This document shows positions 20,643 to 32,345 of a DNA stretch of 64,000 nucleotides, one piece after another (the stretch's first letter is position 1; each line of letters opens with the position of its first letter). The stretch lies in contig JBEKDT010000005.1 in assembly GCA_050014195.1 (NCBI GenBank), positions 64,001 through 128,000 on the forward strand, given 5' to 3'. The translations under genes were made by a program, and so were the position numbers. The stretch comes from Desulfomonilia bacterium (GTDB taxonomy: Bacteria > Desulfobacterota > Desulfomonilia > UBA1062). The notes below the pieces were generated by a model. That model did no database searches. It saw nothing but the letters and a program-made list of their open reading frames with translations, and was not told the origin of the DNA.

Positions 20643-20670
20643 ATATCGGACAGAGAAAAAGGAATTTTGA
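20643..20670 (-). promoter_or_regulatory. Putative sigma28-type promoter facing the hybrid kinase operon
   Basis: Minus strand TCAA-N16-TCCGATAT. Confidence 0.5.
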
Positions 20671-20700
20671 GAGAGACTGAAAGGGCGGGATCAGGGGCCT

Positions 20701-21822
20701 ATGGACTCAAAGCTACCCACCGTGGCCATTATCGATGATGATGTAACCTCTGCGATCATCCTTGAAAGCATGCTCAGAAAGGATGGCATCCGCGCCATCA
20801 AGGCATCCGGAGGCATAGCAGGGAGGGAGCTTGTGAAGACAGATATGCCCGATCTGGTCCTTCTCGATATATTCATGCCGGATGAAAACGGTTTCGACAC
20901 CTGCCGGAAACTCAAGGATGATCCTGTTACTGCCGAGATCCCAATTATTTTCATGACCTCTCAATCGGACATCCAATCAAAGGTCTCGGGTTTTGACCTG
21001 GGAGCGGTGGATTATATCACCAAACCCTACATGCCTGCCGAGGTGCTGGGACGGGTACGGGTCCACATCCGTCTGCGCAACGCCATGGCCGCATTCATCG
21101 AATCGCAGATCGCCAGGCTGAAGCAATTGACTATCGCTCAGCAGTCGATCCTGCCCTCCCCTGCAGACTATCCGGAGGCAGGGTTCGATGTGTTTTACCG
21201 GAGCGCCCATGAGGCAGGGGGTGACTTTTACGATGTCCTGCTCGCAGGCGTGGAGGTCTTCGATTATGTTGTCGCCGATGTCAGCGGCCATGACCTCGGC
21301 TCTTCATTGGCCACATCTGCGCTTAAGGCCCTTATCCACCAGGGCCGTGCGACATTCTCACCGCCCATGGAAACCTTGAGAATGGTGAATAACGTCCTTG
21401 CTTCCGCATTTCCTGAAGAGATCTACGTGACCCTGGCCTATGCAAGGCTGAACCGTCAGCGTCGGAGTATGACCATAATCAACGCAGGGCATCCGCCGGG
21501 AATACTCATAAACGCTGCCGGCGAGATGACACTGCTGCCCTGGGCCGGCGATGTCCTCGGGGCATTCGAGCTCATCACCCTCACTGCCCATGAGGTGCCT
21601 GTCGTGAAGGGCGACAGAATCCTGATGTATACCGACGGGTTGATCGAAATTGAAGGATCTGAGCCGATATCGCGTCAGCAAGGCATGGAACGGCTCATTG
21701 CACTGTGCAACAAAACCCGCATGCTTTCTTTGAAGGATATGGTTGCGACCATCACGGAGGAGATCATTGGACAAAATGGCTCCCCCCCGGATGATATCCT
21801 GCTCCTTGGTGTCGAGGTGTAA
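20701..21822 (+). CDS. Response regulator-PP2C phosphatase (REC-SpoIIE, RsbU/RsbP-like)
   Basis: DLVLLDIFMP; GGDFYD, ADVSGH, NAGHPP, YTDGL, DDI. Confidence 0.92.
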   Translation: MDSKLPTVAIIDDDVTSAIILESMLRKDGIRAIKASGGIAGRELVKTDMPDLVLLDIFMPDENGFDTCRKLKDDPVTAEIPIIFMTSQSDIQSKVSGFDLGAVDYITKPYMPAEVLGRVRVHIRLRNAMAAFIESQIARLKQLTIAQQSILPSPADYPEAGFDVFYRSAHEAGGDFYDVLLAGVEVFDYVVADVSGHDLGSSLATSALKALIHQGRATFSPPMETLRMVNNVLASAFPEEIYVTLAYARLNRQRRSMTIINAGHPPGILINAAGEMTLLPWAGDVLGAFELITLTAHEVPVVKGDRILMYTDGLIEIEGSEPISRQQGMERLIALCNKTRMLSLKDMVATITEEIIGQNGSPPDDILLLGVEV

Positions 21823-22256
21823 TGATGCCGGGCAGACAGTGGCGGAATACCAGCATCCGACGGACGTATCCATCAACGGTGGAGAATGTTGATGACTTTT
21901 GTGCCGAGATCACACAGGCCATGAGAGAGCACGGCCTGACGAATGACATCTTCGCCGTTGAGCTGCTTGCACGGGAGGCCATGACCAATGCCATACTCCA
22001 CGGTAATGATTGTCAAGAGGACAAGAGAGTATGCATCATGTTCAGGATAATAAAAGATATGGTCATCATCCGCGTCACCGATGAAGGAAAGGGCTTCGAC
22101 TGGCTCTCTATGCCCTGCTGCGCACCTGACTCTGCGAAGGCCTCGGGGCGAGGACTGAAGATCTACTCGATGTATGCCTCGCGGATCGCATTCAGCCGCA
22201 GGGGAAACAGCGTCATCTTATCGAGGAGAATAAGCAAGAGGAAAACAGATGGCTGA
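21822..22256 (+). CDS. Anti-sigma factor Ser/Thr kinase (RsbW/SpoIIAB-like)
   Basis: REAMTNAILHGN, VTDEGKGFD, SGRGL, GN. Confidence 0.88.
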   Translation: MMPGRQWRNTSIRRTYPSTVENVDDFCAEITQAMREHGLTNDIFAVELLAREAMTNAILHGNDCQEDKRVCIMFRIIKDMVIIRVTDEGKGFDWLSMPCCAPDSAKASGRGLKIYSMYASRIAFSRRGNSVILSRRISKRKTDG

Positions 22257-22560
22257 ATTAGAGATTACGAAACACGACAGCAGTGCCACAATAAGGCCCG
22301 TGAAGAACATCGTTTCGTCCACGGTTCCGGATATACGTTCGGAGATAAAAGCTCTCATTGCCGAGGGGGTAAAGGACATCGTGATCGATCTGGGAATGGT
22401 GGAGATTATGGACTCCATGGGGATCGGGCTATTCATCTCCGCGCATAACTCCCTTTTGAGGGCTGGTGGAAAGATAGTGGTAATCAATGCATCTAAGGAC
22501 CTGCTCGACATATTCAAGGCCATGAGACTCGACCAGCACTTCAACATTTCCGGATCATAA
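22249..22560 (+). CDS. STAS anti-anti-sigma factor (RsbV/SpoIIAA-like)
   Basis: IVIDLGMVEIMDSMGIG with the phosphorylatable Ser. Confidence 0.9.
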   Translation: MAELEITKHDSSATIRPVKNIVSSTVPDIRSEIKALIAEGVKDIVIDLGMVEIMDSMGIGLFISAHNSLLRAGGKIVVINASKDLLDIFKAMRLDQHFNISGS

Positions 22561-22565
22561 AGGGG

Positions 22566-25500
22566 GTGGATTTTATGGGTGCAGCTGACGATTCAGTTCT
22601 CAGTGAATACATAACAGAGTCAAGAGAGCATCTGGCCGACATTGAGAGCGACCTCTTGACCATGGAGAGTATGGGTGCTCAGATAGATGAGGCCCTGGTG
22701 AACAAGGTCTTCAGGGCCGCTCACTCCATCAAAGGAGGAGCCGGCTTCTTGGGCCTCCCCAAGATCCAGGAGCTCGCCCACAAGATAGAGAACAACCTTG
22801 ACATGATTAGATCCCGGGAGATGGTTCCCAACCCCGAGGTGATCAATATTCTGCTCATCGCCTTTGACAAGCTCAAGGCTATGCTCGACAACCACGAACA
22901 GAGCACCCAGGAAGACATCACAGACCTCGTCGTGTCCCTGACAGGCCTGGCTTCCACCCATCTGCCGCCTGAGCAAAAGGCCTCGCTCACCACAGAGGTC
23001 AAGCTCGCGGATCTCGGATATCAGACCTTGATCAAGGTCTCGGAATTCGAGCTACAGCACGCCCGTATGGGCGGCAACTACATCTATCTTGTCGAATACG
23101 ATCTCATACACGATGTACACCGGCTGGGCAAGACACCGCTATCCCTCATTAAGAACCTCGAGTCGGGCGGGACTATCTTAGATTGTGCACTCGATTTTCA
23201 GACAGTCGGAACGCTCGACGACGAACCGATGTCATCCATTCCGTTCCACGTACTCTATGCCACCATCATGGACCAATCCCTCGCGCAGGTCTTTTTCGAG
23301 GTGCCTCAGGAAAAGATCCACCTTATCGATGACCGGGCAGAGGCTACAAAGCCAGCTGCAGCTGCGCCTACCGCAGATGCGGCCCCGAACATTATCCCCC
23401 CTGAGGCACCCAAGGCTCAGGTCGTACAACCCCTGGCCGCACAGGCACAGACCGGACAGTCTCAAGCCTCTCCTCAGCAAGGTCAGACAGGGGCGGTGGA
23501 GACCACGCTCAGGGTCGGTGTCGGCCTGCTCGAGCAGCTCATGACTTTAGCCGGAGAGCTGGTCCTGAGCCGTAACCAGCTCGTGGAGGCCATTGCGAAG
23601 AGCGACCAGCGGCTGATCCACGCAAGCTCCCAGCACATAAACCTCGTCACCTCGGAGCTCCAGGAGACCATCATGCTCACGCGCATGCAGCCCGTGGGCA
23701 ACGTCCTGAACAAGTTTCCGCGAGTGGTGCGGGACATGGCGCGCGGACTCGGCAAGGAGATCAGGCTGGAGATCACGGGCCAAGACACGGAGATGGACAA
23801 GACCCTCATCGAAGGGCTGTCGGACCCGCTCACCCACATGGTGCGCAATGCCGTGGACCATGGGATCGAACCTGCAGATGAGCGTTTGCAGGCCGGCAAG
23901 GACCATACCGGCACCATCCGCATCAAGGCATCCCATGAGGCCGGCCAGGTGGTGATCACCATTGCCGATGACGGCAAGGGGATTGATCCTGAGAAGATCG
24001 CCTCAGCGGCAATAAATAAAGGGCTCATTACTCCGGATGCGGTAAAGACCATGTCGGACAAGGAGAAGATGGCCCTGGTCTTTCTGCCCGGCCTCTCCAC
24101 TGCCCAGAAGGTGAGCGACATCTCAGGCAGGGGGGTTGGTATGGATGTGGTCAAGACCAACCTGGACAAGCTGGGAGGCAAGGCGGAGATCACATCGGAA
24201 AAGGGTAAGGGAACAACATTCACCATCAAGCTGCCGCTGACCCTTGCCATTATCCCGTCTCTCCTCATGTCTATAGGGACGGAACGCTACTCCATCCCCC
24301 AGGTGAGCGTGTCAGAACTGATCCGTATCCCTGCGGAACAGGTCAAGAAGAGAATCGAGGTCGTCGGATCTTCTGAGGTACTCCTGCTGCGTGGCAACCT
24401 CATCCCAATCATCCGCCTCGCAGATGCACTCGGGGTAAAGCGCACCTATTGCAATGGAAACGGTGTGTTTAAACAGGACAGGCGTGAGCGGATCGCAGAC
24501 CGCAGATCCCCCCACTACGCCCTGACAGAGACATCTCACGGCGATGATGCCCATGATGACAATAGAAACGGAAGAACGGACAACCAGAGACGCTGGCATG
24601 CCGGAAGCGATCTGAATATCGTGGTGGTAGACACCGGGACCATGCAGTACGGCCTGGTTGTCGACGAACTCCATGACACCTCCGAGATTGTGGTCAAGCC
24701 CATCGGCAGGCATCTCAATCACTTGCATGAATATGCCGGGACTACCATCCTGGGCGACGGGCAAGTGGCGCTTATCCTTGATGTGTCGGGCCTGGCGGTC
24801 ATGTCGGGGCTCACGTCGGTCTCAGGCTCGGCCAGGTCCCAGGAACTGGCCATTCAGGCCGATGCCGAGCAGCTCCAGGATATGCACACCTTCCTCACCT
24901 TCCGAAATTCTCCAAAGGAAGTCTGTGCCGTCCCTCTGGAGCTTGTTTCTCGTATTGAACAGATCGACCGGTCACAGGTGGAAACCATCGGAAACAAGCG
25001 GACCATGCAGTACCGCGGTGCCAGCCTGCCCCTTGTAACGCTCCATGATGCAGCACAAGTAAACGAAATCGCCCCGGATCAGCCTTTGGTGGTCATTGTC
25101 TTTACCATCGGCGGCCGCGAGGTCGGCCTGTTGGCAGCCATGCCAGTGGACGTGGTTGAAACCAATGCTGTAATAGATCAGGTCACGCTCCGGCAGAAGG
25201 GGGTCATGGGTTCTGCCATCATCAAGGGCGACACTATAATGATCTTAGATATATTCGATCTCATGGATGCCATACACCCCGAATGGATAGATGAACGCAG
25301 GCGGGATCGCCCCGCATCCGAAGGGGTCACCATCCTCCTGGCCGAGGACTCGGACTTCTTCCGCAACCAGGTAAAAAAGTTCATAGAGTCGGACGGATAC
25401 AATGTTATGGCCGCTGAGGACGGCCAGGCTGCATGGGAGCTCCTCCAGAAGAACCCCGACAAGGTATCACTGGTGGTCACTGACGTGGAGATGCCGCGGC

Positions 25501-25721
25501 TGACCGGCTTGGGCCTGACCCAGAACATCCGGGCCGACAAGCGCTTCGACAAGCTGCCGATCATTGCACTCTCCTCATTGGCCAGCGAGGATGACATGGC
25601 ACGTGGCAAGGCCGCCGGGGTGAACGACTACCAGATCAAACTTGACAAAGAAAACCTGCTCACGGGAATCCGGCGGTTCCTGGATCAATCCGCTGGGCTT
25701 AATGCTGATACAGATAAATAG
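22566..25721 (+). CDS. cheA: Hybrid chemotaxis kinase CheA (Hpt, dimerisation, HATPase, 2 CheW, REC)
   Basis: [32 protein letters not shown]-terminal AEDS...VTDVEMP. Confidence 0.95.
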   Translation: MDFMGAADDSVLSEYITESREHLADIESDLLTMESMGAQIDEALVNKVFRAAHSIKGGAGFLGLPKIQELAHKIENNLDMIRSREMVPNPEVINILLIAFDKLKAMLDNHEQSTQEDITDLVVSLTGLASTHLPPEQKASLTTEVKLADLGYQTLIKVSEFELQHARMGGNYIYLVEYDLIHDVHRLGKTPLSLIKNLESGGTILDCALDFQTVGTLDDEPMSSIPFHVLYATIMDQSLAQVFFEVPQEKIHLIDDRAEATKPAAAAPTADAAPNIIPPEAPKAQVVQPLAAQAQTGQSQASPQQGQTGAVETTLRVGVGLLEQLMTLAGELVLSRNQLVEAIAKSDQRLIHASSQHINLVTSELQETIMLTRMQPVGNVLNKFPRVVRDMARGLGKEIRLEITGQDTEMDKTLIEGLSDPLTHMVRNAVDHGIEPADERLQAGKDHTGTIRIKASHEAGQVVITIADDGKGIDPEKIASAAINKGLITPDAVKTMSDKEKMALVFLPGLSTAQKVSDISGRGVGMDVVKTNLDKLGGKAEITSEKGKGTTFTIKLPLTLAIIPSLLMSIGTERYSIPQVSVSELIRIPAEQVKKRIEVVGSSEVLLLRGNLIPIIRLADALGVKRTYCNGNGVFKQDRRERIADRRSPHYALTETSHGDDAHDDNRNGRTDNQRRWHAGSDLNIVVVDTGTMQYGLVVDELHDTSEIVVKPIGRHLNHLHEYAGTTILGDGQVALILDVSGLAVMSGLTSVSGSARSQELAIQADAEQLQDMHTFLTFRNSPKEVCAVPLELVSRIEQIDRSQVETIGNKRTMQYRGASLPLVTLHDAAQVNEIAPDQPLVVIVFTIGGREVGLLAAMPVDVVETNAVIDQVTLRQKGVMGSAIIKGDTIMILDIFDLMDAIHPEWIDERRRDRPASEGVTILLAEDSDFFRNQVKKFIESDGYNVMAAEDGQAAWELLQKNPDKVSLVVTDVEMPRLTGLGLTQNIRADKRFDKLPIIALSSLASEDDMARGKAAGVNDYQIKLDKENLLTGIRRFLDQSAGLNADTDK

Positions 25722-25740
25722 TAAGGAAAGGAGAGAGGGT

Positions 25741-27417
25741 ATGAGTATACTGACGAACATGAAGGTGGGCAAGCGTCTGCTATTGGGATTCACCGCAGTG
25801 TTGATCCTCCTGGTAATCGGTACCGCTGTGGGCATATGGGGGATAAGCAACATGAACAAAAGAATGGATGATGCCATTGAGGAAGGTCGCAAGATGGCCA
25901 TGGCCGGTGATATGAAGGCTGCCATTGAAGAGATCCTGTTTAATATCCCACAGGTCATCATCGCTCCTGAAAAAGCTGCCAAACAGGAAAATCTCGATAG
26001 AATCAAGATCCTGCGGGAAAAATACAAGAAGGACTTGGAGGAGCTCAAGACCTCTGCAAAGACCGAGGAGGGCAAGCAACTCCTGGCAGGTATAGAAGAT
26101 TCGATTGTCAGGGCCAGGGAGTCCGACAACAAGATGCTCGACCTGGGCATGGCCGGTAACACCAAGGAAGCCTTAGCACTCTTTAGCGAGAAAGGCGGAC
26201 AGAACTTTGCAAGTATGATGGCAACTCTCGATAAATACGTGGAGTGGAGGCAGAAGAGCATCAATGATCTTGCTACTGCAACAGAGTCTCTCAGAAAAAC
26301 ACTCATATCACTCATGGTCGTCTTCGGTGCCCTGGCCATAGGGCTCGCCGCAGTAATCGGGGTCATAACCAGCCGCAGTATCACCAAGCCCATCGAAACA
26401 GCCAGTGCCCACCTTGATGAGATAGCCAAAGGCGACTTCTCTATCGCTATCTCTGAAAATGCTCTGGCACGTCAGGATGAACTCGGGAAAATAGCACGTT
26501 CCATGCACAACCTGAACCAAAGTGTGGGCCGGATGATCAAGGATGTCAGTCAGGGTGTAACCACGCTGGCATCTGCATCCACCGAGCTCTCTGCCATTTC
26601 CAGCCAGATGACGGACGGCGTCGGCAGGACATCCATGCAGGCCAACTCAGTATCTACCGCAGCAGAAGAAATGAGCACGAACGTGGTATCGGTGGCCGCC
26701 GGCATGGAGCAGGCTACGGCCAGCCTCACCATGGTGGCAACGGCCACGGAGGAGATGACCTCCACCATTGCAGAGATCGCAGGCAACTCCGAGAAGGCGC
26801 GGTCCACAACCAATGAGGCCGTTGCGCATGCGACACGAGTATCAGACATGATCAGTAAGCTGGGCCAGGCAGCGCAGGAGATCGGCAAGGTGACAGAGAC
26901 CATCACGAGCATCTCTGCCCAGACAAACCTTCTTGCTCTAAACGCCACTATCGAGGCAGCTAGGGCAGGTGCTGCAGGCAAGGGCTTTGCCGTTGTAGCC
27001 GGTGAGATCAAAGAGCTTGCCCAGCAGACCTCAGGGGCCACTGAGGACATCAAAAACAAGATCGCAGCTATCCAGTCCTCCACCGCCGAGACCATAGGGG
27101 ACATCGAGGCGATCACAAAAGTGATCAGCGAGGTGAGCGAAATCGTCACGACTATTGCAGGCGCCATCGAGGAGCAGTCCGTGGTCACCAAGGACATTGC
27201 CCGTAATATTGCCCAGGCGACCATGGGTGTGAAAGACGCCAATGACCGGGTGGCGCAAAGCTCGAGTGTCACCAAGGACATCGCAAGGGAGATCTCGGGG
27301 GTCAATCAGGCGGCCTCGGACATGACCAATGCGAGCTCCCAGGTCCAGTCCAGCGCTGCCGAGCTTTCACAGCTGGCCGAGCAGCTCAGGGAGATGGTGG
27401 GAAAATTCAAGGTCTGA
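25741..27417 (+). CDS. Methyl-accepting chemotaxis protein (4HB sensor, HAMP)
   Basis: Two TM helices, [27 protein letters not shown]; SD GGAGAGAGG before ATG 25741. Confidence 0.95.
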   Translation: MSILTNMKVGKRLLLGFTAVLILLVIGTAVGIWGISNMNKRMDDAIEEGRKMAMAGDMKAAIEEILFNIPQVIIAPEKAAKQENLDRIKILREKYKKDLEELKTSAKTEEGKQLLAGIEDSIVRARESDNKMLDLGMAGNTKEALALFSEKGGQNFASMMATLDKYVEWRQKSINDLATATESLRKTLISLMVVFGALAIGLAAVIGVITSRSITKPIETASAHLDEIAKGDFSIAISENALARQDELGKIARSMHNLNQSVGRMIKDVSQGVTTLASASTELSAISSQMTDGVGRTSMQANSVSTAAEEMSTNVVSVAAGMEQATASLTMVATATEEMTSTIAEIAGNSEKARSTTNEAVAHATRVSDMISKLGQAAQEIGKVTETITSISAQTNLLALNATIEAARAGAAGKGFAVVAGEIKELAQQTSGATEDIKNKIAAIQSSTAETIGDIEAITKVISEVSEIVTTIAGAIEEQSVVTKDIARNIAQATMGVKDANDRVAQSSSVTKDIAREISGVNQAASDMTNASSQVQSSAAELSQLAEQLREMVGKFKV

Positions 27418-27460
27418 TAGTAAAGCCTGCGGTTACATCGCAGATAAGAGGTAAAAGTTC

Positions 27461-27919
27461 ATGACAGCTCATGCTGTGCAGAAAGATGCCCAGGGGGTTC
27501 TCATAACCACGTTCTCTCTTTCCGGTACCATGTTCGGGATGGATGCAATGCGCATCCAGGAGATCGTCGGCGTAGGGGAGATTACACAGGTCCATCACGC
27601 ACCTGAGTTCATCGTGGGGCTCATGAATCTCAGAGGCAAGATCGTCACTATAATCGATCTGGCAAAGAGGCTCGATCTGGCCAGCCAGGAGATTAAGCAG
27701 GACAACCGCGTCCTCATTGTGGAATGGATGGGGGAATATCTGGGGCTCCTTGTGGAGAATGTCTTCGATGTCATCCATCCTGACCCCGATGGTGTCTCAC
27801 CGCCTCCCGAGAACATACAGGAGGCACAGGGAAAGTATATAGAGCGGATGTACCAGGACGGCAAGAGACTCATCACCATTCTGGATGTGGATACCGTCCT
27901 GACGGAAGAAGAACAGTAA
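27461..27919 (+). CDS. cheW: CheW coupling protein
   Basis: IQEIV, GLMNLRGKIVTIIDL, GLLVE. Confidence 0.92.
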   Translation: MTAHAVQKDAQGVLITTFSLSGTMFGMDAMRIQEIVGVGEITQVHHAPEFIVGLMNLRGKIVTIIDLAKRLDLASQEIKQDNRVLIVEWMGEYLGLLVENVFDVIHPDPDGVSPPPENIQEAQGKYIERMYQDGKRLITILDVDTVLTEEEQ

Positions 27920-27931
27920 GGACGCACTTGC

Positions 27932-29038
27932 ATGAAGGTCCTGGTCGTCGACGATACGGTCGTGTACCGTAAGATGGTAAGTGATGCCCTTGCAACCCTA
28001 CCGGGGGTGGAGGTTGTGGGGTCTGCTGCTAATGGCAAGATCGCCCTGGCACTGATCTTAGAGCTGAAACCCGACCTTGTAACCCTGGATATCGAGATGC
28101 CCGAGATGAACGGGATCGAGGTCTTAGAGGCCATACGGGACAGGGAGATCAGCGTGGGGATCATTGTCCTTTCCGCCCTTACCCTGAAGGGGGGTAAGCT
28201 GACCATAAAGGCCCTGGAACTCGGTGCCTTTGACTTCATCACAAAACCTGCAAAAGCGAACATGGAAGAAAGTCTCAAGGTACTCAAGGAGTCCCTTGCA
28301 CCGTTGATCCGGGCATATGCACAAAGAAAAGAAGTCCGGACAATCCTTTCAGGCAAGGCAGTGCCTGCCGCACCTCCCCCACCCTTGGCCACGCCGGAGA
28401 GACCGGGGGTCGAGACCGTCGCCAGCCGCATGCAGGCCATTGCCCGCGCATCGAAACCCGAGCTCGTGGCCATCGGTATCTCCACCGGGGGACCCAACGC
28501 ACTGGCGGAGATGCTCCCCAAGCTCCCTGCCAAACTGGGTGTTCCCATTCTCATTGTACAACACATGCCGGTCCTTTTTACCCAGTCGCTCGCTGAAAGT
28601 CTTAATAATAAATGCCCATTCACGGTCAAAGAGGCGAAAGATAATGAGTTCATCATTCCCAATACCGTCTACATAGCGCCGGGCGGGAGTCAGATGAAAC
28701 TTCTTAAGAGTCCCGGAGGGGACAAGCTCATCAACATTACCGATGACCCTCCTGAAAACCATTGCAAGCCCTCTGTCGATTACCTCTTCAGGTCGCTGGC
28801 GCATAATTTCCCGGGCAAGTCCTTAGGTGTCATCATGACCGGCATGGGCAACGACGGGGTTATGGGGTTGAGGCTCATGAAGCGCCACGGAGGCATCGTC
28901 ATCGCCCAGGACGAAACGACCTGTACGGTATTCGGCATGCCGAAAGAGGCCATTACCGCCGGGGTGGTGGACATTGTATCTCCCCTTCATGAACTAGCAG
29001 GGGTGATAACCAAGGCCGTCAGAGGATATCCCGCGTGA
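27932..29038 (+). CDS. cheB: Chemotaxis methylesterase CheB
   Basis: REC domain plus GISTGGP, VQHMP, PSVDYLF, MTGMGNDG. Confidence 0.95.
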   Translation: MKVLVVDDTVVYRKMVSDALATLPGVEVVGSAANGKIALALILELKPDLVTLDIEMPEMNGIEVLEAIRDREISVGIIVLSALTLKGGKLTIKALELGAFDFITKPAKANMEESLKVLKESLAPLIRAYAQRKEVRTILSGKAVPAAPPPPLATPERPGVETVASRMQAIARASKPELVAIGISTGGPNALAEMLPKLPAKLGVPILIVQHMPVLFTQSLAESLNNKCPFTVKEAKDNEFIIPNTVYIAPGGSQMKLLKSPGGDKLINITDDPPENHCKPSVDYLFRSLAHNFPGKSLGVIMTGMGNDGVMGLRLMKRHGGIVIAQDETTCTVFGMPKEAITAGVVDIVSPLHELAGVITKAVRGYPA

Positions 29039-29874
29039 GCATCCTTCCCGATGAGGTCAAGGCCATTTCCCAGTACATCTATACCCTCTCGGGGATATCA
29101 CTGGACGCTTCGAAGGGGTACCTCATCGAGAGCAGGCTCGCTCCATTGCTCAAGGAGACCGGGCTCAGCTCATACAGCGAGCTCTATTTCAAGTCAAAGT
29201 CCGATCCTACCAAGACCTTGCAACGGAAGATCCTTGATGCCATCACCACTGGGGAGACATCCTTTTTTCGCGACACCTCCCCATTCGAGCTCCTCCAGCA
29301 CAAGATCCTCCCCGATCTTATCGATAAGCGGGCCAAGACATCTGGCCGCCTAGGGCCTCTGTCCATAAGGATATGGAGCGCGGCATGCTCCACGGGCCAG
29401 GAGATCTATAGTATTGCCATCGTGCTCAAGGAGCTTTTAGGCGACACGGGCAATTATGCGCTCCGGCTGCTGGGCACCGACATCTCGGATCAAGCTGTGG
29501 CTACGGCCAGCCGCGGGGCTTTCAACGCAGTAGAGATCGAACGCGGTCTGCCCAAGGACAAGCTGACCAGATATTTCATACCCGAGGGCAGCATGTGGCG
29601 CATCAGGGACGAGATCCGGGCTATGGCCACCTTCAGGACCATAAACCTTATGGAAGACTTCAGGGGTCTGGGGAAGTTCGACATCGTGTTGTGCAGGAAC
29701 GTGGCCATCTATTTTACGGAAAAGGATCGCACCTCCGTGTTCACCCGCATCGGCCAAGTCTTGGAGCCGGACGGATTCCTCGTCATCGGCTCAACCGAGT
29801 CTCTCTCCGGCATCTGCCCGCAGTTCGAGCCAAAGCGCTATCTCCGCTCTGTTTTTTATCAACTGAAACCTTGA
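29035..29874 (+). CDS. cheR: Chemotaxis methyltransferase CheR
   Basis: TTGETSFFRD, IWSAACSTGQEIYS, FDIVLCRNVAIYF. Confidence 0.95.
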   Translation: MSILPDEVKAISQYIYTLSGISLDASKGYLIESRLAPLLKETGLSSYSELYFKSKSDPTKTLQRKILDAITTGETSFFRDTSPFELLQHKILPDLIDKRAKTSGRLGPLSIRIWSAACSTGQEIYSIAIVLKELLGDTGNYALRLLGTDISDQAVATASRGAFNAVEIERGLPKDKLTRYFIPEGSMWRIRDEIRAMATFRTINLMEDFRGLGKFDIVLCRNVAIYFTEKDRTSVFTRIGQVLEPDGFLVIGSTESLSGICPQFEPKRYLRSVFYQLKP

Positions 29875-29997
29875 GAGTGTCTTTTTATTATTAATCATCT
29901 TGAACGCCATACCCATCCACCCTACTGTATTGAGAGCAAGATATGCTCTTGGTGGATAGGCGGAATCCTTGATGATCAAGTACGGATTCAGGAGAAT

Positions 29998-32052
29998 GTG
30001 ATGAGCAATCGGCTCAGAGATGAGACAAGCCCTTATCTTCTCCAGCACGCCCAAAACCCTGTGGACTGGTTCCCCTGGGGTGAGGAGGCATTTGAGAAAG
30101 CACAGTCTCAAGATAAGCCAATCTTCCTCTCCATCGGCTATTCATCCTGCCACTGGTGTCATGTTATGGCCCATGAATGCTTTGAGGACGACGAGGTGGC
30201 TGCCCTCATGAACAATGCCTTCATATCCGTGAAGGTGGACCGCGAGGAGATGCCGCACATAGATAACATATACATGCAGGCCTGCCAGATCCTGACCGGC
30301 AGCGGCGGATGGCCGCTCACCGTCATCCTGACGCCCGACAGGCAGCCCTTTTTTGCTGCGACCTATCTTCCTAAAAATACGAGGCAAGGCCTCATTGGCA
30401 TGATGGAGCTGATCCCGCTTGTGGGCAAGCTCTGGCACGAAAAGCGCCACGAGGTCATCAGCGAGGCCTCCCGGATCAGTCGGTTCATCAGGCAATCGAC
30501 CGCCGTACGGCCGGGCGAAGGGCTGGACACCGGGCTCATTACCAAAACATATGCCGATCTCAAGGGCCGATTTTCTGGGGCCTATGGTGGGTTCGGACCT
30601 GCGCCGAAATTCCCCATGCCGCATAACATCATGTTCCTGTTGAGATATTTCATGCGGACACATGACCAGGATGCCCTGGACATGGCCGTCACAACACTAA
30701 CCTCCATGCGGTTAGGCGGCATCTATGACCACGTGGGATTCGGATTCCATCGCTATGCCACGGATGAGCACTGGCTTGTTCCCCACTTTGAGAAGATGCT
30801 CTACGACCAGGCCTTGCTCTCTATTGCCTATACGGAAGGCTACCAAGCGACCGGCAGGACGGATTTCAAAAAGACTGCAGATGAAATCATTACCTATGTC
30901 CTACGAGATATGCGCACACCCGAGGGGCTTTTTATCAGCGCACAGGACGCAGACAGCGAAGGCGGGGAAGGAAGATACTATGTGTGGACCACTTCAGAGA
31001 TAAAAGCCGAGCTTCTCGATGTCGATTACACGATTGCACGGGAGGCGTTTTCTCTCTTCGATGAGGGGAATTTCCCTGAGGGCATGGAGGCCGGGCTCAA
31101 CATCATACACATGGAGCATGATGAGGAACACCTTGCCGAACGGTTTAATCTCGAGAAAGAAGTCTTTGTTGAGAGATTAAATCTGATCCTGGAAAAGCTG
31201 CGCAAGGCGCGCTCAGCCAGGGCAGCACCTTCTAAAGACTTCAAGGCGCTCACTGACTGGAACGGCCTCATGATCGCAGCCCTTGCCAAGGCAGGAGCGG
31301 TTTTTGATAGACCCGAATATGTGGATGCAGCAAAGACAGCTGCGGACTTCATCCTGGGCAATATACTCGTGAATGGAAGTCTGAAGCATGTATACATGGC
31401 CGGTGCCGCACGTCTTGAAGGGGGTCTCGATGACTATGCCTTCCTCATCTGGGGGCTTATCGAGCTCTATGAGGCCTGCTTTGAGCAGAGATATCTCAGT
31501 GCGGCCATCAAACTGAATACCGCACTCACAGATAACTTCCGTGATGGCCTCAATGGGGGGTTCATGTCCACTCTTAAGACCGGCGATGTGCCTATAGCCC
31601 GTATAAAGACGGCTTATGACAACGCCGTACCGTCAGGCAACTCGGTGGCCATGCTCAACCTCCTGAGACTTGCAGGGCTCACAGGCGACCTGACACTTAA
31701 GGACTTGGCGCAAGAGACAGGCAAGGCCTTCTCCAACCTGGTAAGCCGCATCCCCTCGGCATATACCTTCATGATATGCGGCCTGGATTACCTGACAGGA
31801 CCGAGCTATGAGGTGGTCATAGCAGGCGACCCCGAACGCCAGGACACCCGCGACATGGTCCATGCCGTTCAAGGCCGGTTCCTGCCCCACATGACGGTGC
31901 GCCTCAAAAAAGGAGACAAGGACAGCGAAGAACCCCTGTTCAAGGACAAACACTCTCTTGAAGGCAAAGCCACGGCCTATGTATGCACAGGCTCATCCTG
32001 CCTGGAACCCACAACGGATAGAGCCAAGATGCTCGAATACCTTTCATCATAA
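29998..32052 (+). CDS. Thioredoxin-domain protein, YyaL/SSP411 family
   Basis: [39 protein letters not shown]. Confidence 0.93.
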   Translation: MMSNRLRDETSPYLLQHAQNPVDWFPWGEEAFEKAQSQDKPIFLSIGYSSCHWCHVMAHECFEDDEVAALMNNAFISVKVDREEMPHIDNIYMQACQILTGSGGWPLTVILTPDRQPFFAATYLPKNTRQGLIGMMELIPLVGKLWHEKRHEVISEASRISRFIRQSTAVRPGEGLDTGLITKTYADLKGRFSGAYGGFGPAPKFPMPHNIMFLLRYFMRTHDQDALDMAVTTLTSMRLGGIYDHVGFGFHRYATDEHWLVPHFEKMLYDQALLSIAYTEGYQATGRTDFKKTADEIITYVLRDMRTPEGLFISAQDADSEGGEGRYYVWTTSEIKAELLDVDYTIAREAFSLFDEGNFPEGMEAGLNIIHMEHDEEHLAERFNLEKEVFVERLNLILEKLRKARSARAAPSKDFKALTDWNGLMIAALAKAGAVFDRPEYVDAAKTAADFILGNILVNGSLKHVYMAGAARLEGGLDDYAFLIWGLIELYEACFEQRYLSAAIKLNTALTDNFRDGLNGGFMSTLKTGDVPIARIKTAYDNAVPSGNSVAMLNLLRLAGLTGDLTLKDLAQETGKAFSNLVSRIPSAYTFMICGLDYLTGPSYEVVIAGDPERQDTRDMVHAVQGRFLPHMTVRLKKGDKDSEEPLFKDKHSLEGKATAYVCTGSSCLEPTTDRAKMLEYLSS

Positions 32053-32104
32053 GGGATAACAGGAAGCCCTGAGGTGAACTTTCCTTTTTCCATGCCTTTT
32101 CTCC

Positions 32105-32132
32105 TTGACAAGCATCGGCCTTGTAGTATCTT
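32105..32132 (+). promoter_or_regulatory. Candidate sigma70 promoter upstream of the minor pilin genes
   Basis: TTGACA-N16-TATCTT. Confidence 0.35.
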
Positions 32133-32345
32133 ATTAAACTGTAATTCTGTTATGGTATGAAGGAGGATTTCAGGATAACCAACCGGACCAGTCAACGAGA
32201 ATACCGTGCTGTGACGAGCTGTTTAAAGCCCTTTCCACCTGAGCCTTCTGATGAATATTAAGCGCAATACCCGCTGGGATTGATTTCAATTTAAGATGAA
32301 TACCCCTCCTTTACCACGACCTCTCTGCATCGAAAGGGGTATGCA

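Noticed and set aside
32133-32345. c-di-GMP (GEMM) riboswitch in the long pilW leader, or at 36234-36392
   Set aside because: No GGCAAAC...GAAA...GACGCAAAG core visible; an Infernal/Rfam search would be needed to exclude other RNAs
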